DNA from: Thermodesulfobacteriota bacterium | GTDB lineage: Bacteria; Desulfobacterota_D; UBA1144; Nemesobacterales; Mycalebacteriaceae | Assembly (NCBI GenBank): GCA_965205855.1 | Contig: OZ242184.1 | Span: 640,001-704,000 of the forward strand | DNA: 64,000 bases | Direction of reading: 5' to 3' | Shown: positions 51,466-60,566 of the stretch, piece by piece | Numbering within the stretch: the stretch's first letter is position 1 | Layout of the letters: the number at the start of each line of letters is the position of its first letter | The notes under the pieces: generated by a model | What the model saw: the letters and a program-made list of their open reading frames with translations, nothing else | Database searches by the model: none | What the model was told of the DNA's origin: nothing | Made by a program: the position numbers and the translations under genes

Positions 51466-53427
51466 ATGCCCGGCAATTTTAACGGTTTGAGAGTGGCGGC
51501 TTTTGAGAGCAGGCGTTCGGGCGACATAGCGGATTTAATTCTCTCAAAAGGAGGCAAACCGTTTGTCGCGCCGGCGATGCGCGAGGCTCCAATCAAACAG
51601 CCCAAATCCGTTTGGGATTTTGCCGACCGTCTTTTTTCGGACAAGACCGATGTTTTAATCCTTCTCACCCACACGGGCGTGAGGGCGATGTCGGAACTGA
51701 TAATCTCAAAATACGGCGCGCTTGAGTATAAAAGGGCGTTCAAAAAAATAAAGACAATCTGCCGCGGCCCCAAAACCGCCGCCGCGCTGTCGGAATCTGG
51801 AGTTGAGCCTGATATCAAAGTCTCCGAACCGGCAACATGGAGGGAGATTGTCACCCGCGCGCAAGAGGCCGGTCTGCTTCGCGGCAAAAGGGTTGAAGTG
51901 CAGCAGTCTGGCGCCGTGAATACCGGACTCTCCCGCGCGTTAAAAAACCACGGCGCGAAAACGCGCTCTTTTTCCGTTTACAAATGGGCGCTTCCCGAAG
52001 ACACCGCCCCGCTTGAGAAAACCGTCCGTTCGGTCGCCACCGGGTCTCTGGATATTCTTCTATTTACAAGCTCTCGTCAGGTTGTCAACATAATTGAGAC
52101 CGCACGGCGTGCGAAGGTTTTGACTCTTTTCAAAAAAGGCGTTTCCCGCGCGGCAGTCGGCTCAATCGGACCCTCTACGACCGGGACCCTTGAGCAGTTC
52201 GGCATATCCGCTGATTATGAGCCGGACACGGCGAAGATGGAAAACCTTGTCGTGGAACTTGCCGCGAGAGGGAAGCATCTTCTTGAGAAGAAAAGACGCG
52301 CCCGCAAAAACGGCGTTGACACTTTGAAATGGAAAAAAATCGATATGGTCTGGTCGCGTAGAACCGTATCTGTCTCCTCGTGCGATTCGCTTTTTATGAA
52401 AGCATGCAGGCTTGAGCGCACCGAGCGCACGCCGGTCTGGATGATGAGGCAGGCGGGAAGGTATCTCGGTGAATACAGGCGGATAAGGGCGAGGGTTCCG
52501 TTTCTTGACCTGTGTAAGACCCCGGAGCTGGCGGCGGAGGTTACCCTGATGCCGGTTGACAGGTTCGGTTTTGACGCAGCGATAATTTTTGCCGACATAC
52601 TCCTTATCCTTGAGCCGCTCGGCATTGAAATAGAGTTTTCAAAAGGGGACGGGCCCAGAATCAAAAACATCGCCCGTTCCGCCGCCGCAGTGGACACAAT
52701 AAGGGAGTTTGATCCCGAACGGATGTCGTATGTTTACAAAACCGTTGAAATCACGCGAAGAGCGCTGGATCCCGCTGTCGCGCTTCTGGGGTTTGCCGGC
52801 GCGCCTTTCACGGTTGCCTCATATCTTATCGAAGGAGGGGGCTCTTCCACTTACGCGAATACAAAACACCTTATGCGCTCCGACCCCGGACTTTGGAACG
52901 CGCTTATGGAAAAAATTGCCGCCGCGACTGCATCGTATTTGAACGCGCAGATAAAAGCCGGAGCGGATGCGGTTCAGATTTTTGACAGTTGGGCGGGCTG
53001 TCTTTCGCCCGATGATTACAAACGTTTTGTGATGCCGTACACAAGGGCGGTTTTCAGAGCTTTGCCGCGTGATGTTCCGGCGATACATTTTGGAGTTGGC
53101 ACGGGCTCGCTTCTGGGCTGTATGAAGAAAGCCGGCGGGGACGTAATCGGTGCTGACTGGACTGTTGACCTTTCGGACGCATGGAAAACTATCGGATACA
53201 AAACGGCAATTCAGGGAAATCTTGACCCTGCGGTTCTTCTCTCAAGCCGTTCGGTTGTGGAGGAGAATGTTGCCGCGATACTGAACAAGGCAGCGGGACG
53301 GCCGGGGCATATTTTTAATCTGGGACACGGCGTAATGCCCGCGACTTGCGCGGACAATGTTCTTGCACTTGTTGAAAAGGTCGGTGAATATTCATCGCTG
53401 ATCATGTCTGGAAAGGCGCGAAAGTGA
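51466..53427 (+). CDS. hemE: fused uroporphyrinogen-III synthase (HemD) and uroporphyrinogen decarboxylase (HemE)
   Basis: N-half: FESRR, RGPKT, VYKW, FTSS, SIGP.T (HemD); C-half: PVWMMRQAGRY, AAIIFADIL, QIFDSW, QGNLDP, FNLGHG (HemE). Confidence 0.92.
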   Translation: MPGNFNGLRVAAFESRRSGDIADLILSKGGKPFVAPAMREAPIKQPKSVWDFADRLFSDKTDVLILLTHTGVRAMSELIISKYGALEYKRAFKKIKTICRGPKTAAALSESGVEPDIKVSEPATWREIVTRAQEAGLLRGKRVEVQQSGAVNTGLSRALKNHGAKTRSFSVYKWALPEDTAPLEKTVRSVATGSLDILLFTSSRQVVNIIETARRAKVLTLFKKGVSRAAVGSIGPSTTGTLEQFGISADYEPDTAKMENLVVELAARGKHLLEKKRRARKNGVDTLKWKKIDMVWSRRTVSVSSCDSLFMKACRLERTERTPVWMMRQAGRYLGEYRRIRARVPFLDLCKTPELAAEVTLMPVDRFGFDAAIIFADILLILEPLGIEIEFSKGDGPRIKNIARSAAAVDTIREFDPERMSYVYKTVEITRRALDPAVALLGFAGAPFTVASYLIEGGGSSTYANTKHLMRSDPGLWNALMEKIAAATASYLNAQIKAGADAVQIFDSWAGCLSPDDYKRFVMPYTRAVFRALPRDVPAIHFGVGTGSLLGCMKKAGGDVIGADWTVDLSDAWKTIGYKTAIQGNLDPAVLLSSRSVVEENVAAILNKAAGRPGHIFNLGHGVMPATCADNVLALVEKVGEYSSLIMSGKARK

Positions 53428-54359
53428 ACGGTTTTGACTCCATTGTTCTCATTGGCTACGGCGCGCCCGAAAGGGCGGAGGATGTTCCGGAATTTTTGCG
53501 CAATGTTGCAAAGGGATTTTCCATACCCGAACGCAGAATGAAAGAGGTTGAAAGCCACTACAAACAGGTTGGAGGCGGCTCTCCACTGAATGAGCTTACG
53601 CGCAGGCAGGGCGAGGGGTTGCGTGCGTTTCTTGAAGGTGAGGGCGTGAAACTTCCAGTCTATATGGCAATGAGAAACTGGGACCCTTTCACGGATGACA
53701 CAGTTAAGGAGATGAAGAGGCGCGGACATAAAAAATGCGCCGCCCTGATAATGGCTCTTCACCAGTGCGACACAAGTTGGGATAGATACGAGCGTGAGGT
53801 GGCGGAGGCAAATTTAAAAACGGGCGCGGAAATTGATTTCGTCTATTCTCCTCCGCTTTTTGACAACCCTCTTTTCATAGAAAACTGCGCGGACAGGGTT
53901 GCGGAGCAGATAGAGAAACTTCCCGGCGGCCGTCTGTCCGATACGGCACGGCTGATTTTCACCGCTCACAGTATACCGCTTGATATGCCCGGAGCGGATA
54001 CTTATCAAAGGCAGTTTCGCAAGACCTGCGAACTCACGGCGGAAAAACTCGGCGCGGACGAATTTCTTACCGCTTGGCAGAGCAGGAGCGGAAGCCCCGA
54101 ACAGGAGTGGTTTGAGCCGGATATCTGTGACGTTATCACGGGGCTCAGGGGGAAAGTCAGCCATGTTGTTGTTCAGCCCGTCGGGTTTTTGTGCGACCAT
54201 GTCGAGGTTCTCTATGACATTGGAATTGAAGCCGCGCAAGCGGCCGGTAGCGCGGCAATAGAGATTCTCTCCGCGAAAACCGTGAATGACGACCCCAAGT
54301 TTGTAAAAGCCCTCGGAGAGACTGTTCTGAGCATTGTTCGCGCTCGGCGCGGTAGCTGA
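53424..54359 (+). CDS. hemH: ferrochelatase
   Basis: YGAP, GGGSPL, FTAHSIP, WQSRSG...W.EPD, GFLCDHVEVLYD. Confidence 0.94.
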   Translation: MNGFDSIVLIGYGAPERAEDVPEFLRNVAKGFSIPERRMKEVESHYKQVGGGSPLNELTRRQGEGLRAFLEGEGVKLPVYMAMRNWDPFTDDTVKEMKRRGHKKCAALIMALHQCDTSWDRYEREVAEANLKTGAEIDFVYSPPLFDNPLFIENCADRVAEQIEKLPGGRLSDTARLIFTAHSIPLDMPGADTYQRQFRKTCELTAEKLGADEFLTAWQSRSGSPEQEWFEPDICDVITGLRGKVSHVVVQPVGFLCDHVEVLYDIGIEAAQAAGSAAIEILSAKTVNDDPKFVKALGETVLSIVRARRGS

Positions 54360-54380
54360 TGGTTATATTTTGCGCAAATA

Positions 54381-55757
54381 ATGAAATGGCAAAACAAAAT
54401 CGCCGTCATAGGCGGTGGAATAGCGGGCTTGAGTGCCGCGCTTGAGATTTCCGACCGCTTCGGTAAACAGGTTGAAATTCTGGAGGCTTCGTCCTCCGTT
54501 GGAGGAACAGTCTCAACCATCTGCAAGGACGGGTTTGTGCTGGAGAGGGGGCCCGATTCCTTTTTGGCGGATAAAGAGACCCTTGATTTCTGTTCGCGCA
54601 TAGGTATCCGCTCCCGTCTTGCGCCGACCTCCGGGCAAGGGCGCAAGGTTTTTATAATGGAGAAGGGCGCGCCGGTTGCGTTGCCGGACGGTTTTTTTAT
54701 GATAGCGCCGCGCAGTGTTATCCCTTTTCTCACGAGCCCTCTTTTTTCCGTTTCCGGCAAGTTGAGAGCGCTCGCGGAAATTTTTATCCCGGCGCGTTCA
54801 GCTTCGCTGGGGGACGAGAGCGTTGCCTCTTTTGTCCGCAGACGGTTCGGCGATGAGATTTTGAGCAAAGCCGCCGCGCCCCTTGTAGGTGGCATATATT
54901 GCGCTCCACCGGAAACCCTTGGGGCGGAGTCCGTTTTGCGCGAGTTTGTCAAAATGGAGAGAGAGCACGGAAGCGTTTTGCGCGCGTTGCGCGGGAAAAA
55001 TGAAGACAAAAGCGGCGGGGCAAGATTCGGCGGGTTCTTCTCGCCTCTGGGGGGAATGTCTGAGATGGTTGACGCAACGGTGAAAACCCTTCCGGGCGGT
55101 TGCATAAAAACGGGTTTCAGGGTTTCCGGAATTTTCAAAAAAACGCAAGGATGGGAGATTGTTTCCGATTGCGGGCGTTCGACTCGTGCCGCTGCCGTTG
55201 TCGTTGCCGTTCCGTGCGGAGCCGCCGCTTCAATGCTTTCCGGGATGGATGTCGGATTGTCGCACCTTCTCGGGTCAGTGGAGCATTCTTCATGTGCGGT
55301 CGCGGCTCTTGTTTATGAGACTGCGACGGTTCCCCGCATTCCCCACGGATTCGGGCTTCTCATTCCCTATGCGCGCGAGGGGGAGGTTTTTGCTTGCTCG
55401 TTCCTGAGCCGAAAATTCCCGCAAAGAGCGCCGGAGGGTTTCAGTATTATCAGGTTTTTTATTGCCGGTGGCATCTGTGCCGCGAGCGATGGCGAGATAA
55501 TTTCGCGCGCGCAAGAGGCCGCCGGAAGGCTGTTTGGAGCGGCGGTCGCGCCCTGTGCCGCGGCGGTCGGCAAATACGGCGGACAGATGCCTGTTTGCGC
55601 CGTGGGGCACAAAGACCTTGTTGGAAGAATAACAGCCGCCGCAGATGAGCTCGGAGGGTTGTTTTTTGCCGGCGCGGGATACGGCGGCGTGGGAATACCG
55701 GACTGCATACGCGGCGGAAAAAGAGCGGGAGCCGAAGCCGCCGCTTTTGTGTCCTGA
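54381..55757 (+). CDS. hemY: HemY-type proto/coproporphyrinogen oxidase
   Basis: GGGIAGLSAA FAD motif, ERGPDSF, PLVGGIY, GVGIPDCI. Confidence 0.92.
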   Translation: MKWQNKIAVIGGGIAGLSAALEISDRFGKQVEILEASSSVGGTVSTICKDGFVLERGPDSFLADKETLDFCSRIGIRSRLAPTSGQGRKVFIMEKGAPVALPDGFFMIAPRSVIPFLTSPLFSVSGKLRALAEIFIPARSASLGDESVASFVRRRFGDEILSKAAAPLVGGIYCAPPETLGAESVLREFVKMEREHGSVLRALRGKNEDKSGGARFGGFFSPLGGMSEMVDATVKTLPGGCIKTGFRVSGIFKKTQGWEIVSDCGRSTRAAAVVVAVPCGAAASMLSGMDVGLSHLLGSVEHSSCAVAALVYETATVPRIPHGFGLLIPYAREGEVFACSFLSRKFPQRAPEGFSIIRFFIAGGICAASDGEIISRAQEAAGRLFGAAVAPCAAAVGKYGGQMPVCAVGHKDLVGRITAAADELGGLFFAGAGYGGVGIPDCIRGGKRAGAEAAAFVS

Positions 55758-55825
55758 ATTTGAAAAATATGAACGGCAATGTATAGAATAAACCGATTGG
55801 ATTCCGAAAAAGGAGGTGATTTATT

Positions 55826-56587
55826 ATGAAACTTAAGGGAAAGGTTGCTTTAATAACGGGTGGAAGTCTTGGGCTTGGGAAAGCCACCGCTTTTCTTTTC
55901 GCCAAAGAAGGCGCGACCGTGGTGATTACCGGAAGAACTGAACAGACGCTCAAAGAGGCGGTCTCGGAAGCCGAAGACAAAGGGCTCTCAATTGACTATA
56001 TGGTAAGTGATGTGGCGAAGGAGGAGGATTGTAAAAACGTGGTTGAATACACGGTGGAAAAATACGGCGCAGTGGACATTCTTTTCAACAACGCAGGCAT
56101 TCTTGCCGCCGCTCCGACTCATGAGACGGCGGTTGAACAGTGGGACAAAATTTTCTCAATAAACGTGCGGGGAACTTTTATGATGTCCAAGTTTGCGATT
56201 CCCCACATGCTCAAAAAAGGCGGCGGCTGCATAGTGAACAACTCATCGGTGCTCGGCCTCAAGGCGGTTGCCGGTTTTACATCTTATGTTTCTTCAAAGG
56301 GAGCGGTTACGCAGCTTACCCGTGCGATGGCGCTCGACTACGCTTCGCAGGGAATAAGGGTGAACGCTATATGCCCGGGCTCGATTGTAACTCCGATGGT
56401 AACCAACATGATCGGCGCCACCGAAGACGAGATAGCAACCGAGGAGATGATAGTCTCTTTCCATCCCGTAGGACGGCTCGGCCAACCCGATGAAATAGCG
56501 AACGCGGTGCTTTTTCTCTGTCAGGACGGGGTTGATTTTATGACCGGCTCCATGCTTTCGGTGGACGGGGGTTGGATAGCAAAATAG
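55826..56587 (+). CDS. short-chain dehydrogenase/reductase
   Basis: TGGSLGLG, NNAG, YVSSK, IRVNAICPG, VDGG; SD AGGAGG. Confidence 0.95.
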   Translation: MKLKGKVALITGGSLGLGKATAFLFAKEGATVVITGRTEQTLKEAVSEAEDKGLSIDYMVSDVAKEEDCKNVVEYTVEKYGAVDILFNNAGILAAAPTHETAVEQWDKIFSINVRGTFMMSKFAIPHMLKKGGGCIVNNSSVLGLKAVAGFTSYVSSKGAVTQLTRAMALDYASQGIRVNAICPGSIVTPMVTNMIGATEDEIATEEMIVSFHPVGRLGQPDEIANAVLFLCQDGVDFMTGSMLSVDGGWIAK

Positions 56588-56605
56588 TTTCGTGCTATTT
56601 TCGTT

Positions 56606-56677
56606 GCCGATGTAGCTCAGTGGCAGAGCAGCTCACTCGTAATGAGCAGGCCAGGAGTTCGATTCTCCTCATCGGCT
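56606..56677 (+). tRNA. tRNA-Thr(CGT), CCA not encoded
   Basis: GCCGATG/CATCGGC acceptor stem, TAGCTCAGTGG, GCTCA-CT-CGT-AA-TGAGC, GTTCGATTC. Confidence 0.95.
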
Positions 56678-56688
56678 TTTGAACAGAT

Positions 56689-57054
56689 ATGAGGGATTTT
56701 ACCGTCCAGAGAAGCGACATAAGACGCGCGTTCGCAAGCGCGAGGGTTTTCGCAGTGAGTAGAAAAATTGCCGGAGTGTCGGACGGCGTGGCGCACGATA
56801 TGGTATGCAATCTTTCGGAAATGGGAGTTAAAACGGTTTTTTTTGACAGCGCGGATGAAGTTGAGCCTCGTGGTGCGGTCTTTCTGGCTTTCGGAGAGAC
56901 AGACATCTCGGCGGCGGACACTGCGGCTTTTCTCGCGGCTCCCGCTTCCGCTCCTCTTGAGGTAAAGATGTGTTGTGCGTATGTCTCAAGTTTTGACGGT
57001 GAAAGCGCGGTGCTTGAAATGGCGGATTTGATAATAGAGGCGAAGAAGTCATAA
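56689..57054 (+). CDS. hypothetical protein
   Basis: 121-aa ORF filling the gap between tRNA-Thr and the next gene; no motif recognised. Confidence 0.5.
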   Translation: MRDFTVQRSDIRRAFASARVFAVSRKIAGVSDGVAHDMVCNLSEMGVKTVFFDSADEVEPRGAVFLAFGETDISAADTAAFLAAPASAPLEVKMCCAYVSSFDGESAVLEMADLIIEAKKS

Positions 57055-57084
57055 TTTTCCTCCGGACGGGGTGAAATCGACAGT

Positions 57085-57504
57085 ATGAGTGAAAAGAGCA
57101 TTAAGGAAGTTGAAAAGGCGCACGAGAATTTCTATGAGGCACTTAACAAAGCGGACATCCGTTTAATGGAGAGCATCTGGCTTGGCGACCGTAAAACTAA
57201 GTGCATTCATCCGGGTTGGCCCGCCATTAAGGGATGGGAGGCGATCAAGGCGAGTTGGATGAGCATATTTGAGTCTGGCGAGCTTGCGAGCGTGGAAACT
57301 TCGGATGTTCTCATTGATGTTGGGGAAAAAGCGGCGTGGGTTAACTGCATTGAAAGACTCAATCATTTTGTTGATGGAAGAATAGTCGTAACGCTTGCTC
57401 AGGCGACAAATATTTTTGAAAAAACCGACGAGGGCTGGCGCATGGCGCTTCACCATGCCTCGCCCGTTCCCGTAAGCACACTTTCGGAAGGGGATTTGCA
57501 GTAG
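57085..57504 (+). CDS. SnoaL/NTF2-like domain protein
   Basis: FYEALN..D...M..IW, CIHPGW..I.GWEAI.ASW, ATNIF....GWRM..HHASP. Confidence 0.88.
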   Translation: MSEKSIKEVEKAHENFYEALNKADIRLMESIWLGDRKTKCIHPGWPAIKGWEAIKASWMSIFESGELASVETSDVLIDVGEKAAWVNCIERLNHFVDGRIVVTLAQATNIFEKTDEGWRMALHHASPVPVSTLSEGDLQ

Positions 57505-57522
57505 TGGCGGCTGAGAGTTTGC

Positions 57523-58188
57523 CTACTTGCTGTTAATAAAAACCGCCTGTTTCTTAAACCTTCCGTCAATCGCCAAATCTACAAGCGCTTTCGCAAGTTC
57601 TGTCACGCGGACTTTACTTCCCGCAAGAGTGAAGGGGGTTATATTTGCGTCCTGTTTGTAGTCGCCAGGAAGGATGTATGGCGGACGCACAATTGTCCAG
57701 TCAAGGGAGCTTTCGCTCAGAATTTCATACTCTCCGCGTTTATCTGCAAGCAGCTTGTTTAGTTGCCCGCTTATTTTTGTGAGGACAAAAGCCGCCCCGC
57801 TGAAAAACTTTCCACGAACGCTGAATTTGTCAGTCGACACGGTCAAACTCGCGCCGGAAACCGATACATAACGCGAAATCCCCGCTTCGGGCATCAGGCG
57901 CGAAAGGTGGAGCGCGGCACTTGAATGAACCTTGAATCCCGTGTGAAAATCACTCGGCCCCAGCGCGCTTATCACGGCGTCTGTGCCTGTAATTAACTCC
58001 GCGATTGACAGCGGGTTTGTAACATCGCCTTTTATGATTTCAAGACTGCCGCCTTTTGCGGTTTCAGGCAGGGCGGGCATTTTCAGAGGGTTTCTCACAA
58101 GGGCACGAACGCGGTGTCCGCAGCGCAGGCAATAGCGCGTCGCCATTATTCCCGTGTTTCCGGTCGCTCCGAGAATGGCGAAAGTCAT
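57523..58188 (-). CDS. NAD(P)H-binding oxidoreductase (atypical SDR/flavin reductase-like)
   Basis: GATGNTG, ALVRNP, GDV, DAVISALG, LDWTIVRP. Confidence 0.88.
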   Translation of the reverse strand: MTFAILGATGNTGIMATRYCLRCGHRVRALVRNPLKMPALPETAKGGSLEIIKGDVTNPLSIAELITGTDAVISALGPSDFHTGFKVHSSAALHLSRLMPEAGISRYVSVSGASLTVSTDKFSVRGKFFSGAAFVLTKISGQLNKLLADKRGEYEILSESSLDWTIVRPPYILPGDYKQDANITPFTLAGSKVRVTELAKALVDLAIDGRFKKQAVFINSK

Positions 58189-59207
58189 TTGGTTTCGCCT
58201 CCGCGAATCTCTTCAAGCATCACTCCGGCTTTTTGGATAAGGCCTTTGACATTTGCCCCGGTAACGGCGGAGATTTCCACCGTGTCAATTCCTATTTTTG
58301 CGAAATGCCCGGCGAGTTCACGGGTTTTTTCCTCCGCTTCGGGAATGTCCGTTTTGTTGAGTGCGACTATCTGGGGTTTTTCCGCAAGGCGCGGGTCGTA
58401 GGAGCGCAGTTCGGTGTTGACTTTTTCGTAATCTTCAAGCGGTTCCCTCCCCGTGAACGGAGACATATCTATCAAATGAATAAGCAGTTTTGTGCGCTCA
58501 ATGTGGCGGAGAAAACGGATTCCAAGACCGCTTCCGGTGTGCGCTCCCTCTATGAGCCCCGGTATATCCGCCATTGTGAAGGTTTTGTAATCGCCCCATC
58601 TTACGACACCGAGGTTCGGGACAAGCGTTGTGAATTCGTAGTCTGCTATTCTGGGCCTCGCGGCGGACGCTTTTGAAATTAAGGTTGATTTTCCCGCGTT
58701 CGGAAATCCGGTTATACCGACATCGGCGAGAAGTTTAAGCTCAAGGAACAGTTCAATTTTTTCTCCGGGGCGCCCGTCTTCCGTTCTGCGCGGCGCCTGA
58801 TTTGTTGAGGTCGTAAACCTCGCATTTCCTCGTCCGCCCCGTCCGCCCTTCGCGGCGACTACGGTATCGGAAGGACTGCCAAGATCGGCGAGTGTTTCTC
58901 CGGTTTCAGAATTGCGGATAACCGTTCCCACCGGAACGGATATGACATGGCTTTCCCCATTTGCGCCGTGTTTTCGCGCTCCTTTGCCGTGCGTTCCGCG
59001 TCTCGCGCGGTAATGTCGCCTGTATCTGCAATCAAGTAGCGAACTAACTTCGGGGTTTGCGAAGATAATCACGTCCCCGCCGTCCCCGCCGTCCCCGCCG
59101 TCGGGACCACCTCTCGGAACGTGTTTTTCCCGCCGGAAACTCATGCATCCGTTCCCGCCCGCACCGGACTGCACATATATTTTCGCTTCGTCTATGAACT
59201 TAAGCAT
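58185..59207 (-). CDS. obgE: GTPase ObgE/CgtA
   Basis: FIDEA, FRREK.VP.GGPDGGDGG, GFPNAGKST, DIPG, NKTD. Confidence 0.98.
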   Translation of the reverse strand: MLKFIDEAKIYVQSGAGGNGCMSFRREKHVPRGGPDGGDGGDGGDVIIFANPEVSSLLDCRYRRHYRARRGTHGKGARKHGANGESHVISVPVGTVIRNSETGETLADLGSPSDTVVAAKGGRGGRGNARFTTSTNQAPRRTEDGRPGEKIELFLELKLLADVGITGFPNAGKSTLISKASAARPRIADYEFTTLVPNLGVVRWGDYKTFTMADIPGLIEGAHTGSGLGIRFLRHIERTKLLIHLIDMSPFTGREPLEDYEKVNTELRSYDPRLAEKPQIVALNKTDIPEAEEKTRELAGHFAKIGIDTVEISAVTGANVKGLIQKAGVMLEEIRGGETK

Positions 59208-59321
59208 GAGAGAGCAGTATTATACTCGCTCACGCATATATGGGAGTTTGAAAGCCGCAAACACTGTGAGGTTGAAAAATTTACGGATGCGAAAGTGAAT
59301 TATGAAACGGTTCGGGTGATT

Positions 59322-59750
59322 TTATTTTCCTTTTTTAACCATCACGGCCTTTATGCCGGTTTTCTTTACAACGGCTTCTATTATGCCGTTCCAGTACAAC
59401 CACCAGTGTGAATCCTCTTTGTGGTTGCCAAGTTGCTGCTGGGCATAGAGGAGGGCGTGTTCGGGTTTATTCTGGAAAAGCAGAAGTTTTTCCGCCGCAG
59501 TTTTGACTTCCTTTTTATCAACGGGAATTGCGTCAAGCTGGGTTTGAAGCGTTTCCCTTATAGCCGAAATCTCGCCGGAAACAATTTCCATGCTGTCCGA
59601 TATGCGTTCGCACTGCGTTGTTACATCGCCTTCAATGCTCGCGTTCTGTTTTTTCATCAGGTCGGCGAAGTCGCGCAACTTGTCCGCGGTGTCGCGCGCC
59701 TTGTTTGTTTCTATTATGATTTTTGTTATTGCTTTTGCGCTAATGGCCAT
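59322..59750 (-). CDS. hypothetical alpha-helical protein
   Basis: 142-aa ORF with SD AAGGAG; no motif recognised. Confidence 0.7.
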   Translation of the reverse strand: MAISAKAITKIIIETNKARDTADKLRDFADLMKKQNASIEGDVTTQCERISDSMEIVSGEISAIRETLQTQLDAIPVDKKEVKTAAEKLLLFQNKPEHALLYAQQQLGNHKEDSHWWLYWNGIIEAVVKKTGIKAVMVKKGK

Positions 59751-59814
59751 TGTTTTTCTCCTTCAAGTAATATTTCAATATATTACGCAATTTAGGGGTT
59801 TTTCAAGAATGCGG

Positions 59815-60564
59815 CTAACTTCTGAAGAAAAAGAAAACCGCCGCGATTGCTATGAACGGGGCGAAGGGAAAAACTTGAGAGAGTTTTTCCCCGCTAATTT
59901 TCAAATACACAAAGCCTCCGATTGCTCCAATCAGCGACGAGACAAAAATTGCCGCCACCGCGTCGGTAAAACCGATAAAAGCGCCGACTCCGGTCATAAG
60001 TTTTACATCGCCCATTCCCAACCCGTCTTTTTTCCGCACGCCTTTGTAAGCGAGAGAGACGGCAAGCAGCAGGCCCCCTCCTGCGGCGCTTCCCGTAACG
60101 GAGTCGGTAAAAGAACCGGCGGGAATTGAAAGCAGTATTCCCGCCGCTGCGAAGGGCAGGGTTATAAAGTCCGGAACCGTCATTGTTTGCAGGTCAAAAA
60201 CGGACGCGGCAACAAGGGCGTATAAAAAAACAAAGCACCCGGCACCGTCAACCGAAAGCCCGAACATTTGGACGGAGACAACGGCGCTTGCCGCGCAAAG
60301 CAACTCAACGGCGGGATAAAACGGAGAGATTTTCGCGTTGCACCGCAGGCATTTACCCGCGCAAATGAAGAAACTGAAAACCGGCACGGAAGCCCGGACG
60401 GCGATTGTATTTCCGCAAGTTTCGCAAAATGAACGGGGTCTTATTATCGAAAGACCGCGCGGAATCCGCCGGACGCAAACGCACAGAAAACTTCCAAATG
60501 CGCCTCCAGATAAGAGCAGTATCGTCCAGAAAACAAAAGAGTAGGGCGGAGCAATATCAGGCAT
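59815..60564 (-). CDS. pilD: prepilin peptidase (A24)
   Basis: GSFL.V...RIP, RSFC..C, GKC..C, D....VPD, GLGMGDVKL, PFAPF. Confidence 0.93.
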   Translation of the reverse strand: MPDIAPPYSFVFWTILLLSGGAFGSFLCVCVRRIPRGLSIIRPRSFCETCGNTIAVRASVPVFSFFICAGKCLRCNAKISPFYPAVELLCAASAVVSVQMFGLSVDGAGCFVFLYALVAASVFDLQTMTVPDFITLPFAAAGILLSIPAGSFTDSVTGSAAGGGLLLAVSLAYKGVRKKDGLGMGDVKLMTGVGAFIGFTDAVAAIFVSSLIGAIGGFVYLKISGEKLSQVFPFAPFIAIAAVFFFFRS

Positions 60565-60566
60565 TA

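Noticed and set aside
56606-57504. tRNA-Thr, tRNA-Leu or tRNA-Ser as prophage or island attachment sites
   Set aside because: No integrase and no duplicated tRNA 3' end was seen in the window.
59068-59105. Tandem GTCCCCGCC repeats
   Set aside because: They encode the conserved Gly-rich GGDGGDGGD segment of Obg.
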